A stretch of 64,000 nucleotides of DNA from an uncultured Pseudanabaenaceae cyanobacterium (lineage in GTDB: Bacteria > Cyanobacteriota > Cyanobacteriia > PCC-9006 > JAAUQQ01). Positions within the stretch are counted from its first letter, which is position 1. Every line of letters begins with the position of its first letter. The DNA lies in contig CALIGI010000082.1 of the NCBI GenBank assembly GCA_938021205.1, forward strand, positions 1,111 through 65,110, read 5' to 3'. A program made the translations under genes and the position numbers. Below, piece after piece: positions 8,978 to 18,957 of this stretch. The notes under the pieces were generated by a model. That model saw nothing but the letters and a program-made list of their open reading frames with translations. It did not search any database and was not told the DNA's origin.

Positions 8978-11104
8978 ATGCGCTACTCTTCTATCTCTAG
9001 CGATGCTCTCCTCACTTTCATGACGGGCGTTTTGCTGACCAGCAGTCCTGGCTTGGTTCAAGCCCTGGAATTCCCCATTGAGGGGACTGGGATAGATGCG
9101 GCTACCCAAGCTGCTCTTGATGGTTTGGGACTCCAGGCTCCCGACTTTTTGCCCTCGGACAGCTTTGTCCCCGTCATTCTCGCTCCTGAGTTAGCTGCGC
9201 CTGAACTCTCTGAACCGGTGCCCGCTGCTCAAACAGAACCTCCTTCCATCGAACAAGCTCAACAGGCTGAGGCTGATACTGTTGAGCAGATACAGGAGAT
9301 TCAAGCTTCAGAAGCGATTGAGCCTGAGGGTGTCCACCTTCCCTTGGCCGAAGTGTCTGCTGAAATCCTGGCAGAGAGTTTTCTTGCAGAGAATTTTTTT
9401 GCGCAGTCCATTCCGCTACCTCCTGGGACGCCCTCGCTTCCGGCTCCCTTGCCAACACCGGGTGAGCAGGATCGACCGTTTTCGACGGATGAAGTCATTG
9501 ATGGGCCTCAAGCACCTGAGACGCTGCCTGATGAGCTCCCACCTTCCAGCGAGATTTTGCCAACGCCCTCTCCCATTCAACCCGACGATGAAAATGTTGA
9601 GGGTCCTGCCACGATCAATGTCACGGGTTATACCGTTGAGGGCAGCACTATTTTTGATGCGGAGAGGTTAGCTGAAGTTACTGCTCCTTTCACTGGCAAC
9701 GTTTCCTTTGGTCAGTTGCTCCAGGCTCGCTCTGCGGTGACTGAGCTGTATGTGAAGAATGGCTATGTTACCTCCGGTGCCTTCGTTCCGCCTCAAACCC
9801 TAGAAGGTGGCCTGGTCAAAATCCAGGTCCTGGAAGGCAAGCTAGAGGATGTGCGCATCACTGGAAACCAGCGCTTGAAGCCGAGCTATGTGCGCAGTCG
9901 TTTGGAGCGAGCTGGGGCTGAGCCATTGAAGGTGGAGGACTTGCTAGAAGGCTTGAAATTGTTGCAGCTTGATCCGCTCCTGGAAACTATTTCTGCGGAT
10001 CTACAGGCGGGGATTCAGCCTGGCACGAGTTTGCTGGATGTGAAGGTGTCTGAAGTCGATCCCTTTACTGCAACAGTCTCGCTGGACAATGGGCGATCGC
10101 CCAGTGTGGGAAGCTTCCGCCGAAAAATCTCCCTCAATCATGCCAATTTGTTGGGGTATGGTGATGCCCTGAACCTGGCCTACAGCAACACCGATGGCAG
10201 CAATGCTTTGGATTTGGGCTATACCGTGCCCCTCAATGCTAGAAATGGCACCCTGCGTTTTGCCTATGGTCGAACGCGCAGTGAGGTGATCGAGGAGCCC
10301 TTTAACCCGTTAGAAATTTCGGCTAGATCGGTTTACTACGAAGGCACCTATCGCCAGCCTCTATACCAAACGGCTAGTGAAGAATTTGTTTTGGGCTTAA
10401 CTTTTTCTCGTCAGGAAAGCCGCACTGAGCTGGGTTTTGCTGATATTGGTGGATTTCCCCTCTCTCCCGGTGCCGATGAAGATGGCAGAACTAGAATCTC
10501 TGCCCTGCGATTCTTTCAGGAATGGAATAAGCGGAAGAGCAATCAGGTCTTGGCAGCGAGATCCCAGTTGAACCTGGGGACAAATTGGTTTGATTCGAAC
10601 CAAAGCCCCGACGGTGGCCCCGATAGTAATTTCTTCTCCTGGCGTGGCCAGGCTCAGTGGGTGCGTCTGTTGGCTCCCGACACCTTGGCACTGGTGCGGG
10701 GGGATTTGCAATTTGCCGATCGCGTCTTAGTTCCCCTTGAACAGTTTGGTATTGGGGGGCAGAGTAGCGTGCGAGGCTATCGCCAGGATGCGTTGTTAAC
10801 GGATAACGGTTTGCTGGTTTCGGCGGAAGTACGCCTCCCCGTGGCCGTGGATCGGCTGTCCAATTGGGGGACGACGCTACAGGTCGCTCCATTTCTGGAT
10901 TTAGGTCATGGCTGGAATCGGGGGGGGAATAATCAACCGGTGGAAAGGACGCTGGTGGGCACAGGCTTAGGTTTTATTTGGCGTCAGGGCAATAACTTCT
11001 CGGCTCGGGTTGACTGGGGCTTTCCGCTGGTGGATGTGGAGAATGAGGATGATACCTGGCAGGAGAATGGAATTTATTTCTCGGTGAATTACAACCCGTT
11101 CTAA
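8978..11104 (+). CDS. ShlB/FhaC/HecB-family (TpsB) outer-membrane secretion/activation protein
   Basis: Signal-like N-terminus and an acidic/Pro-rich region of about 210 aa. A POTRA-like segment follows: INVTGYTVEGSTIF...KIQVLEGKLEDVRITGN. The C-terminus is a beta-barrel ending in YFSVNYNPF. Confidence 0.8.
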   Translation: MRYSSISSDALLTFMTGVLLTSSPGLVQALEFPIEGTGIDAATQAALDGLGLQAPDFLPSDSFVPVILAPELAAPELSEPVPAAQTEPPSIEQAQQAEADTVEQIQEIQASEAIEPEGVHLPLAEVSAEILAESFLAENFFAQSIPLPPGTPSLPAPLPTPGEQDRPFSTDEVIDGPQAPETLPDELPPSSEILPTPSPIQPDDENVEGPATINVTGYTVEGSTIFDAERLAEVTAPFTGNVSFGQLLQARSAVTELYVKNGYVTSGAFVPPQTLEGGLVKIQVLEGKLEDVRITGNQRLKPSYVRSRLERAGAEPLKVEDLLEGLKLLQLDPLLETISADLQAGIQPGTSLLDVKVSEVDPFTATVSLDNGRSPSVGSFRRKISLNHANLLGYGDALNLAYSNTDGSNALDLGYTVPLNARNGTLRFAYGRTRSEVIEEPFNPLEISARSVYYEGTYRQPLYQTASEEFVLGLTFSRQESRTELGFADIGGFPLSPGADEDGRTRISALRFFQEWNKRKSNQVLAARSQLNLGTNWFDSNQSPDGGPDSNFFSWRGQAQWVRLLAPDTLALVRGDLQFADRVLVPLEQFGIGGQSSVRGYRQDALLTDNGLLVSAEVRLPVAVDRLSNWGTTLQVAPFLDLGHGWNRGGNNQPVERTLVGTGLGFIWRQGNNFSARVDWGFPLVDVENEDDTWQENGIYFSVNYNPF

Positions 11105-11121
11105 ATTGCGATAGGTTGCAG

Positions 11122-11901
11122 CTAGCTAGAGGCGCTGGTGTAGAAGCGCAGGGCAAAGCGCCAGAATTGGTTTGCGGCCACTAGCAATACTGTGGCCAGT
11201 AGACCCGTTGCCATTAGCCAGGTGTTGCTGATTTCCCCTCGCAGGGTTTGGGCCGGAACGGTGGTAAGGAAGGCTACGGGCACAATGAAGGTGAAGAAGA
11301 ATCTGTAAGCCGAGGGGTAGGCCACCATGGGAAATCGTCCGGCAGAGACCAGACCGCGCAGAACTTCTGTGACGTTGTAAACCTTGACGAACCAAATGCT
11401 GGTGGCTCCCAGGACAAACCAGAGGCTGTAGAGAATCAGGAAGCTAGAGGCGATCGCGGGCAAGGCCAGTAAATAAGCTGTAAAAGGCAGGCTCAGCTTG
11501 CTCCCCGCATAGGCAATGAGTAACCCTCCCAGTAAAAAATCTGGCAGACCCCAGAGGGAAAAGCTGCGGGTGGAGAGCCAAAATTGGGAGCTAATGGGCT
11601 TGAGGAGGACAAAATCCAGGGTGCCTTCCTGGACATGGGTGACGATACGGTTGAGGTTCGGAGACAAAAGCGTAGCCGAGAAGCCTTCTAGCAAGGTGAA
11701 GATGCCGACGACCAGGAGGGCTGCTTCCCAGGGCCAACCGTCGAAGCTGTAGCCTGTGCGATAGAAGAGGAAGAGACTGAAGAGGCTGCCCCCAAAGTTA
11801 CCCAGACTGCCCAGGGCAGCCAGGAGAAAATTGAGTCGGTATTCCATCTCGGCGGCGATCGCCGCCCCCCAAAATCGCCCTAGCACTCTGAGATATTTCA
11901 T
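11122..11901 (-). CDS. ABC-2 family transporter permease (multi-pass membrane protein)
   Basis: 259 aa with about 6 hydrophobic segments. The N-terminus YLRVLGRFWGAAIAAEMEYRLNF is typical of ABC-2 permeases. No ATPase gene is adjacent. Confidence 0.6.
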   Translation of the reverse strand: MKYLRVLGRFWGAAIAAEMEYRLNFLLAALGSLGNFGGSLFSLFLFYRTGYSFDGWPWEAALLVVGIFTLLEGFSATLLSPNLNRIVTHVQEGTLDFVLLKPISSQFWLSTRSFSLWGLPDFLLGGLLIAYAGSKLSLPFTAYLLALPAIASSFLILYSLWFVLGATSIWFVKVYNVTEVLRGLVSAGRFPMVAYPSAYRFFFTFIVPVAFLTTVPAQTLRGEISNTWLMATGLLATVLLVAANQFWRFALRFYTSASS

Positions 11902-12026
11902 CTTGCCCGTTGTCTAATACAAAACATAATTGTGTGCCGTGATAATGGGCTGACAATAACGGCCATGGCGCAGAATCATAGCAGTCTCTCTTTGCGCTGG
12001 CCCTTAGACCCTCGCCTTTCCTCCAA

Positions 12027-13130
12027 ATGGTATCAACAGTTCCTGCTCCTGCTTCATCCCTCGCCACCACAGCCTTGCCCCACCTCGCCATTTCCATGGG
12101 AGATCCCGCAGGTATTGGTCCAGAAGTCATTCTCAAGGCCTTGGCCAACAAGGACGTGACCCAGATCTGCGATATCACCTTGGTGGGCTGCGGAGGTTGG
12201 CTCCAATCGACCTATCGCCGCTTGGTCAGTCAAGGGCAAACCGTGGCCGACCCCAACCAGTTCAAGCGGGTGGATATTCCTAGTCAGCAGGAAATTATTC
12301 TGGGTCAGCCCAGCGCTGCCACAGGAGCCGCTAGCTTTGATGCTCTGAATGGTGCAATTGATTTGGCCCTGGCAGGTAAGGCAGAAGCGGTGGTCACGGG
12401 ACCCATTGCCAAGTCGGCTTGGAAATCTGCCGGGCATCATTATCCGGGACAAACCGAGCTGCTGGCTAGCCGGGCTGACTGCGATGACTTTGCCATGGCA
12501 TTTCTGGGGGAGTCACCCCACACCGGTTGGGAGTTGCGATCGCTCCTCGCAACCACCCACATTCCTCTGCACCAAGTACCGACCGCGCTAACCCCACTGC
12601 TCATGACCCGCAAACTAGAGCTGCTCTTGCGCTTCCTCCAAGAGCGCTGTGGTCTCGCCCAGCCCCGCATTGGTATTGCCGGGCTTAACCCCCACAGCGG
12701 CGAGCTGGGCCAGTTAGGGACTGAGGAGCAGGATTGGCTGATTCCCTGGCTAGAGAAGATGCGCCAGCGTCACCCCCAGGCCCATCTCATAGGCCCGGTT
12801 CCCCCCGATACGCTCTGGGTGACCTCTGGCCAGGCCTGGTATGGCTTAGATGAAAAAGGTCAGCGGCTTGACCCCGGTCGCAAAGCGCCTCTGGCTCGGA
12901 CCTATGATGCTTATCTCGCGCTCTACCACGACCAAGGTCTCATACCAGTGAAATTACTGGCGTTTGACCGCGCAGTGAATACAACTATTGGCTTACCCTT
13001 TGTGCGCACTTCGCCGGACCACGGTACTGCTTTTGACATCGCAGACCAAGGCATCGCTCGACCTGAAAGTATGGAATCTGCGATCGCTTGGGCCATTAGG
13101 CTTATTCGCTCAACAGCTTATATTCACTGA
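12027..13130 (+). CDS. pdxA: 4-hydroxythreonine-4-phosphate dehydrogenase
   Basis: [22 protein letters not shown] and [13 protein letters not shown]. Confidence 0.9.
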   Translation: MVSTVPAPASSLATTALPHLAISMGDPAGIGPEVILKALANKDVTQICDITLVGCGGWLQSTYRRLVSQGQTVADPNQFKRVDIPSQQEIILGQPSAATGAASFDALNGAIDLALAGKAEAVVTGPIAKSAWKSAGHHYPGQTELLASRADCDDFAMAFLGESPHTGWELRSLLATTHIPLHQVPTALTPLLMTRKLELLLRFLQERCGLAQPRIGIAGLNPHSGELGQLGTEEQDWLIPWLEKMRQRHPQAHLIGPVPPDTLWVTSGQAWYGLDEKGQRLDPGRKAPLARTYDAYLALYHDQGLIPVKLLAFDRAVNTTIGLPFVRTSPDHGTAFDIADQGIARPESMESAIAWAIRLIRSTAYIH

Positions 13131-13247
13131 ATCCTCGTCTTCTACGAGAACAAGCCATATCTATTTAAAGGAAACAACAAACTTCAGCCAAATCAACGGT
13201 TCTGCGATGACCGAGACAGGATCTCATTCCTATAATCGCAGTAGACG

Positions 13248-14174
13248 TTGAGGGCGCATCGTCGCAAACCATCCGTGCAATTTCGGGCATCTTTCAGCAC
13301 TGTAGAAGCTGAGACAAATACGGAAAGTATTGGTTTCTCAGAAACATTCCATCGCCAGGGTAAAGCCCTGAGTTGTCTAGGTCTCTATGAGAGAGCTTTG
13401 ACCCGCTATGACAAGGTTTTGGAGCAGGACCGCCATACCCCCGTGGTGTGGTGCGATCGTGGCTATACCCTAGAAAAGCTGGGGCGCTACGACGAGGCTG
13501 CCTATAGTTTTGGCGAGGCCATTACCCTTCGCCCGAGCTATGCCAGTGCCTGGCTGGGGCGAGGGATTATCCATGCCCAGCTCAATGAATCTGATCAAGC
13601 TCTGGACTGCTTTGATCGGGCGTTGCGGTTTGCTCCCAAGGACTATCGCTCCTGGTATAACCGAGGACGGGTATTGGTTATTATGGGTTGCTATCCAGAA
13701 GCGGTGGAGAGCTTTGACCAGGCTTTGGAGCGTAAGCCCCAAAAGCACCAAGCTTGGTATCACCGTGCGGTTTGTCTCTTGGCCCAAAACCAATGGGCTG
13801 AAGCGCTGTCCAGTATTGATATTGCCCTCACTGTGAAGCCTGACTGTTATTACGCTTGGAACTATCGCGGTGCGTTATTCCAACGGATGGAGCGTTTGCC
13901 TGAGGCGATCGAGAGCTTTAAGCGTTCCCTGTCTTATCGCGAAGTCAACCTGGATGCCCAGTGGGGATTAGCACGCTGCCATTATCGTCGGGGTGAGATT
14001 GACCAGAGCTTAGATGCCTTGGCAGCAGCTTTTGAAGTCAATCGTGAGCGCTCCTTAGATCGCTGGCAATCGGACTCAAGTCTTCAGGCCTTGTCCCAGC
14101 ATCCCCGCTTTAAGTCATTACTAAAGGCTTCTCCGGTTCGCGAAGAGGTCACTTTTGGGAGTCGTGGCGCTTAG
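13248..14174 (+). CDS. TPR repeat protein (start uncertain, TTG)
   Basis: Repeated 34-aa pattern: W..RG..L..LGRYDEA...F..A. No in-frame ATG near the 5' end. Confidence 0.7.
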   Translation: MRAHRRKPSVQFRASFSTVEAETNTESIGFSETFHRQGKALSCLGLYERALTRYDKVLEQDRHTPVVWCDRGYTLEKLGRYDEAAYSFGEAITLRPSYASAWLGRGIIHAQLNESDQALDCFDRALRFAPKDYRSWYNRGRVLVIMGCYPEAVESFDQALERKPQKHQAWYHRAVCLLAQNQWAEALSSIDIALTVKPDCYYAWNYRGALFQRMERLPEAIESFKRSLSYREVNLDAQWGLARCHYRRGEIDQSLDALAAAFEVNRERSLDRWQSDSSLQALSQHPRFKSLLKASPVREEVTFGSRGA

Positions 14175-14206
14175 GCTGTTAGTTTTTGGCGCTGTTAGTT
14201 TCTGGC
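14175..14206. repeat. 16-bp tandem duplication
   Basis: GCTGTTAGTTTTTGGC followed by GCTGTTAGTTTCTGGC, immediately after the TPR gene stop. Confidence 0.8.
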
Positions 14207-14693
14207 ATGGTTGCAGGTACATCATTGAAGCCTTTCAATTTGAGGGGACAAAAATAGCAGTCTGTCTTGAGAACAGCAATTGTCTGTCCTAATGAGAGGT
14301 TTTGGTTCCCCGTTGGTCGATTGCTGTTGAGGGCCTGGGAGACAGGGCTATGGGGGACGGTGGGCAGCCGTCCATGGGGGTAGAACTGCCTGATTAAAGA
14401 GGGGTACTAATCCGGATGACCAATTTGCTTGAGTGAAAAATAATACGGTTAATTGAGCCCCGTCTGGGTTCGACATCAGGTTGAGTTTTGGTTCTGCATC
14501 TAGAGAGGTTTTGTCTTTGCTCTAAGCACTGATTTCAGATTGACCTTTCCAAGCCAATCCGTTTTGCCGCAAGTAGAACATTGTCTCGGGACCAGGTTGT
14601 GATAGATTCAATCGCTTGGATCAATTCCTCGACAGTGGAGGTGTTTTTGGTTTATAAGCGAGCCAACTGCACTTCGGGCGAGATTCCCAGTCC

Positions 14694-15083
14694 ATGCCTC
14701 CTGATGATCCCTTTGAACGGGCCGACCAAAAGCGGTTGCGTTTGTTTCTGTATTTAATACCATTGGTCGGAATTGTACCGGCGGGGGTCAATCTGTACCT
14801 CCAACGCCGCCAGTCTTTGCCCAATCCGGAACAACGTCGTCAGCGCCAAGATTTGCAGGTGAGCCGTCAGGCCGTCAGCCTTGCAATGGCTTGGCTGTTA
14901 GCCCTTGCTTTAGTCAACCTGGGTGGACAGCTGGGCGAGACCCCCCAGCTTGGCATCATGCTGTTCAACAGTGTGCTAACCTCGGGCTATTTCATGGCGA
15001 GTTGTTGGCTGATGCTCCAACTAGGGCGAGGCAAGCGCCCAGAGTTGCCAGGATTAGATGCCCTTGGGAATCGACTGCCCTAA
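14694..15083 (+). CDS. small integral membrane protein, unknown function
   Basis: 129-aa ORF with three hydrophobic segments: LFLYLIPLVGIV, LAMAWLLALALV, SGYFMASCWLML. Confidence 0.5.
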   Translation: MPPDDPFERADQKRLRLFLYLIPLVGIVPAGVNLYLQRRQSLPNPEQRRQRQDLQVSRQAVSLAMAWLLALALVNLGGQLGETPQLGIMLFNSVLTSGYFMASCWLMLQLGRGKRPELPGLDALGNRLP

Positions 15084-15165
15084 CCCTTACGAGATAAAAG
15101 GTGTGAGACAATCTGTGCCCGTAACTCATAACGCTCGAAATCGGGCGGCAGGTTCCCCTCGCCGG

Positions 15166-16755
15166 ATGAACCCTAAGACTTCGACACAGAAGTCTGTGGT
15201 GTCTCGGAAGCCTAGCCAGTCTTCGTTGGGAACAGCGGCGGCTTCTAAGCGATCGCGTCGTATTCCTTGGGTTGGCATCACCCTGGCTCTGACGGCTGCT
15301 TCTATGGTTTCTGCCACGGCAGGCGCTTTGTTAGCGGTCTCCCTGTCCAGTACACCGCTACTCCAAAGCCAGCTAAGCGCCGAGGATGCTGCGTTCTTTG
15401 AGAAAAATGGTGGCTCTATTGCCTCGGGTAATTTAAATCTTCCTGGCCTCAATCGTCCCGTTAATATTCTGCTACTGGGGACGAAGGTTCTCACCTCTGA
15501 TATTCCTGAGCTAGAAGGCAAGTCTGAGGAGCTGGGTTACCACGCCCTCGTGAATACGTTTGAGGGACTTAGCGATACGATGCTGCTGCTGCGCTTTGAC
15601 CCAGCGAAGGACAAGCTCACGTTGCTGTCTATTCCTCGGGATACGCGAGCCAATGTGCCAGGCCTGGGCCTGGTCAAGATGAATGAAGCCAACCTGGAGG
15701 GAGGGCCTGCTCTGGCTGCCCAGGCGACTAGTGACTTGCTCAATGGGGCTGGGATTGATCGCTATGTGCGGGTGAATGTCCAGGCGATTGAAAAGCTGAT
15801 CGATGCCATGGGTGGGGTCGAAGTCTATGTGCCCCAGGACATGAAGTATCAAGATGACAGTCAGCATCTCTACATTAATTTGAAGGAAGGGCAGCAGGTT
15901 TTGGATGGTGATAAGGCTATGCAGTTCCTGCGTTTCCGGTATGACAGCAAAGGGGATATTGGCCGAGTTCAGCGTCAGCAAATACTCATGCGTGCCTTTA
16001 TTGAGCAGGCCCTGACGCCTAAGACGTTAGGCAAGCTGCCGAAGGTTTTGTCTATCGTTCGCTCTCACTTGGATACCAATCTTTCGGTTGAGGAGCTGTT
16101 TGCGCTGGTGAACTTTGCCAGCAAGAAGCAGCGCAGCGATGTACAGATGGTGATGTTGCCGGGAGCCTTTAGTAGTCCCGATGACTATGATGCGAGCTAT
16201 TGGTTGCCCAATTACGACGAGATTGACACCATTGCCGAGGGGTATTTTGATGTATCCCCTTCTCGAAATGAGGATTTGTGGGATGACTACTATGGCGATC
16301 GCGGGGGCTACGGGAATGGCCGCAACAATGAGTACGGTGGCGAGCACCAGTTCCGCAATGCGGATGCTGAGCCCAGCGATGAGCTAAGTAATGAGCTAGG
16401 CGGTTGGGACTTGGCAGAATATAGCGAAGGCATACCCACGAACCTGCGCATTTCCATCCAAGACAGTACGGGCAAAGATGCGGTCATCGATACCGTTCTG
16501 GATCAGCTTTATGACGAGGGCTATAACAACTTGTTTGTGCAGTCCGATTGGTCCGAGCCATTGCAGGAGACCCGCATTATTGCGCAGAAGGGTGATATTG
16601 CAGGAGCAGAGGCGGTGAAGCAGTCTCTGGGCTTGGGCAATGTGCGGGTGGACAGTATCGGCGACATTGATTCGGACATTACGATTCAGTTGGGTCGAGA
16701 CTGGTTGACGAAGGTCAACCGCCGCTCAGCTTGGCGCGATATCCCAACTGAATAA
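15166..16755 (+). CDS. LCP (LytR-CpsA-Psr) family protein
   Basis: N-terminal TM segment, then NILLLGT, SDTMLLLRFDP, LLSIPRDT and RFRYD..GDIGR..RQQ. ATG 15166 is preferred. Confidence 0.8.
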   Translation: MNPKTSTQKSVVSRKPSQSSLGTAAASKRSRRIPWVGITLALTAASMVSATAGALLAVSLSSTPLLQSQLSAEDAAFFEKNGGSIASGNLNLPGLNRPVNILLLGTKVLTSDIPELEGKSEELGYHALVNTFEGLSDTMLLLRFDPAKDKLTLLSIPRDTRANVPGLGLVKMNEANLEGGPALAAQATSDLLNGAGIDRYVRVNVQAIEKLIDAMGGVEVYVPQDMKYQDDSQHLYINLKEGQQVLDGDKAMQFLRFRYDSKGDIGRVQRQQILMRAFIEQALTPKTLGKLPKVLSIVRSHLDTNLSVEELFALVNFASKKQRSDVQMVMLPGAFSSPDDYDASYWLPNYDEIDTIAEGYFDVSPSRNEDLWDDYYGDRGGYGNGRNNEYGGEHQFRNADAEPSDELSNELGGWDLAEYSEGIPTNLRISIQDSTGKDAVIDTVLDQLYDEGYNNLFVQSDWSEPLQETRIIAQKGDIAGAEAVKQSLGLGNVRVDSIGDIDSDITIQLGRDWLTKVNRRSAWRDIPTE

Positions 16756-17056
16756 GCTTTTCGAGTAACTTTTCGCGGTGGTCTCCTTGGATTTCAAGGC
16801 GGTCCTCTTTGGTGGCACCGCCGGTTCCACAGAGGTTCTTGAGAGTTTTGAGGAGTTTTTTGAGGTTTTCGTCGCTGAGTTGGAAGGGGCCAATGAGGGT
16901 TACGGTTTTGCCTCCTCTGCCTTTGCGGGAGGTTTGGATGCGTAGGTCATGGTCTTCGGGAGTAAGTTCTTTGACGGGTCGCTCTAGGGCTTCTTCGTTG
17001 CCGAATTCGCGGTAGACGGTTTTGTCTCCTGCTTTGGCTTTTTTCTTTTTTCCCAT
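16715..17056 (-). CDS. translation initiation factor SUI1/YciH
   Basis: RKGRGGKTVTLI, LKNLCGTGGA, LEIQGDHREK and a C-terminal LSGG. Confidence 0.9.
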   Translation of the reverse strand: MGKKKKAKAGDKTVYREFGNEEALERPVKELTPEDHDLRIQTSRKGRGGKTVTLIGPFQLSDENLKKLLKTLKNLCGTGGATKEDRLEIQGDHREKLLEKLIQLGYRAKLSGG

Positions 17057-17165
17057 GGTTTGCGTTCGTGAGCTGGGGCTGGTCTGTGACTATCGTATAG
17101 CGGTTGCTGTGTGCATCTGCTTCGAAAAAAAGTTAGAGGCAAGAAGGCAAATCCTTGGGGACCAG

Positions 17166-17218
17166 TCCCCAAACCCCAGCCTTAGGGACGGAAGTCGTCC
17201 CTGAAGGGTCACCCTCCC
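17166..17218. repeat. G/C-tract stem-loop dispersed repeat
   Basis: TCCCCAAACCCCAGCC followed by hairpin GGGACG-gaagt-CGTCCC. Same family as 1-37 and 22333-22420. Confidence 0.45.
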
Positions 17219-17309
17219 AAGCGTTGGGTTGCTTCGGCATGAATCCTTTGGCGTTTGACCCACTGTTTGCATGGGGAGGCGGATTAGGTCGTGTTTCTAG
17301 GGGGAAGAC

Positions 17310-17342
17310 AAAAAAAGAGCGATCGCCCTTAGGCGATCGCTC
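17310..17342 (-). terminator. intrinsic terminator downstream of psaI
   Basis: 11-bp stem GAGCGATCGCC / GGCGATCGCTC (17317-17342, loop CTTA). On the minus strand it is followed by TTTTTTT. Confidence 0.75.
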
Positions 17343-17414
17343 TTCAAAAAATGGATTCTCAATTGATCAGCTAAAAGGCGAAGAATCGCATTTCAATTGA
17401 TCGATGAAGATCGC

Positions 17415-17513
17415 CTAGGCGTCGACTTCCACATAGAGGAAGAACAGACCCATGGAAGCGAAGGCTGCGATGGCGCAAAGGGGAACGAAAATGCTAGGCA
17501 ACATTGACGACAT
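17415..17513 (-). CDS. psaI: photosystem I subunit VIII (32 aa; below the ORF-track cutoff)
   Basis: Hand translation gives MSSMLPSIFVPLCAIAAFASMGLFFLYVEVDA. It matches the PsaI core LPSIFVPL...MGL.FLY.E. Confidence 0.8.
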   Translation of the reverse strand: MSSMLPSIFVPLCAIAAFASMGLFFLYVEVDA

Positions 17514-17700
17514 AATTTTCTTAAACCTGGAGTACGGCAAAAGGACGGTCATTAATTAGGAGTCTACTTCGAAGCTTTCTGGACTAGGGGCAGGATAAAG
17601 ATTCTTAACAAAAGAAATCTTAATAATCAAACCATTGAGGAATCTGTTTAAACTACGCTACTGCTTAGGATTTCTTCACTTCAAGAGAGGTCGTATTCGC

Positions 17701-18186
17701 ATGACTCAAGACATGGTGACCCACCCCGGTGATCCCTTTGTGGGCAACCTGGCCACCCCCCTTAACTCCTCGGAATTTTCCAAGGCGTTTATCCGTAATT
17801 TGCCCGCTTATCGTAAGGGACTCTCTCCTAGCCGTCGTGGCTTGGAGATTGGTATGGCCCATGGCTATTTCCTCTACGGTCCCCTAGCATTGCTGGGTCC
17901 CCTGCGTCATGCTGACGTTGCGGCGACTGTAGGCATCATTGGCACCGTTAGCTTTGTGATGTTGTTGACCATTGCCATGTCGCTTTATGGCGCTGTGACC
18001 ACTGCGCTTCCTGAAGCCACGGTCACGACTCCTGAGCCTCCCGCGCTAGATCGCGATGCTTGGAGTGAGCTGGCAGGTGGCTTCTTTATCGGCGGTTGTG
18101 GCGGTGCTGCTTTCGCTTATTTCCTCTGTCAGACTCCCCATCTGGACCTGCTACAAAGCTTGGCCAGTGGTGTCTGGTCTTCGTAG
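17701..18186 (+). CDS. psaL: photosystem I reaction-centre subunit XI
   Basis: FVGNLATPLNSSEFSKAFIRNLPAYRKGLSPSRRGLEIGMAHGYFLYGP. ATG 17701 is preferred over the ORF-track start. Confidence 0.9.
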   Translation: MTQDMVTHPGDPFVGNLATPLNSSEFSKAFIRNLPAYRKGLSPSRRGLEIGMAHGYFLYGPLALLGPLRHADVAATVGIIGTVSFVMLLTIAMSLYGAVTTALPEATVTTPEPPALDRDAWSELAGGFFIGGCGGAAFAYFLCQTPHLDLLQSLASGVWSS

Positions 18187-18327
18187 GACTTTCTGAATGA
18201 TGAGTTCGAATTGTCAGTGTTTGAAGATAATCTTGGTCAATTGGATAGAGACGCATTTTTAAGGCTGGTCTACTAAGTTTCCTGGGTTTGTGGCCCTTTG
18301 AGGGCTGAGTTTCGAGCTCGTTATTTA

Positions 18328-18367
18328 AATCCCAGGAGAGGTCTTGCCTTTCCTGGGATTTTGCTTT
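18328..18367 (+). terminator. intrinsic terminator of psaL
   Basis: AATCCCAGGA / TCCTGGGATT 10-bp stem followed by TTGCTTT. Confidence 0.7.
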
Positions 18368-18557
18368 GGTGGGCCACTGGAATGGTCGTTACAAGGTATT
18401 GCTTTTGATGTTGGAGCGATGGCTTTTGGCGTGATTGCGTCTGTTTAGCCTTCGATGTGCATGGAATTGGCCTGGGGGCATTTGCGTTTGGGATTTTTTG
18501 TGTTTACATATAGCCCTGCCGACGATTTAGGCCAATGACTTAGGGGGAGGTGAGCAT

Positions 18558-18839
18558 ATGGTGATTCTGTGCAGTTTGTTGCTGGGTGCTGGATTAGGTG
18601 CCAGTGCGGTCTATTGCCTCTTGGACAGTCGTATTGATTCCTATCGAACTCGCAATCAAGATTTGCGCCATCAGCTCAACGATATGCAGCGCAACTTTGG
18701 CGATCGCCTCCACGACAATTTGAGCCAGCAACGTTTTGACTATGAAGCGGAGATCAAATTGCTTAAGGGTCAGCTCTTCCGCGCGAAATTCCGTGGGAAC
18801 AAAGGTACAACGGTGGATGCCAAAGCAAAGGTCAGTTAA
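18558..18839 (+). CDS. small membrane-anchored coiled-coil protein, unknown function
   Basis: 93 aa. N-terminal TM segment ILCSLLLGAGLGASAVYCLL, then a charged helical region. GGGGGAGG Shine-Dalgarno-like sequence upstream. Confidence 0.55.
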   Translation: MVILCSLLLGAGLGASAVYCLLDSRIDSYRTRNQDLRHQLNDMQRNFGDRLHDNLSQQRFDYEAEIKLLKGQLFRAKFRGNKGTTVDAKAKVS

Positions 18840-18862
18840 TTCATTTTGCTCGCCCTATTGAT

Positions 18863-18908
18863 AAAGCCCCGGTTTCCAGCGCGACAGATCTGCTGGGACC
18901 GGGGCTTT
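18863..18908. terminator. bidirectional hairpin between convergent genes
   Basis: AAAGCCCCGGT ... ACCGGGGCTTT outer stem with a nested CCAGC/GCTGG stem. T-rich on the plus side. Confidence 0.6.
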
Positions 18909-18957
18909 GGTTTGGATGCTGATAGCTGCTGTAAGGCTGATAGCAGCAATGGTGGGG

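Noticed and set aside
14175-14206. Tandem repeats, checked as possible CRISPR or minisatellite arrays.
   Set aside because: There are only two units with no spacers. No repeat-spacer organisation exists anywhere in the window.
14455-14480. GGTTCGA T-loop-like string suggesting a tRNA.
   Set aside because: The flanking sequence does not form a 5-bp T stem or an acceptor stem. No cloverleaf could be drawn.
16715-16755. 41-bp convergent overlap between the LCP gene 3' end and the SUI1/YciH 3' end.
   Set aside because: The SUI1 C-terminus (…KLSGG) is canonical. The LCP tail probably runs on simply because no earlier stop occurs. There is no evidence of a functional antisense arrangement.
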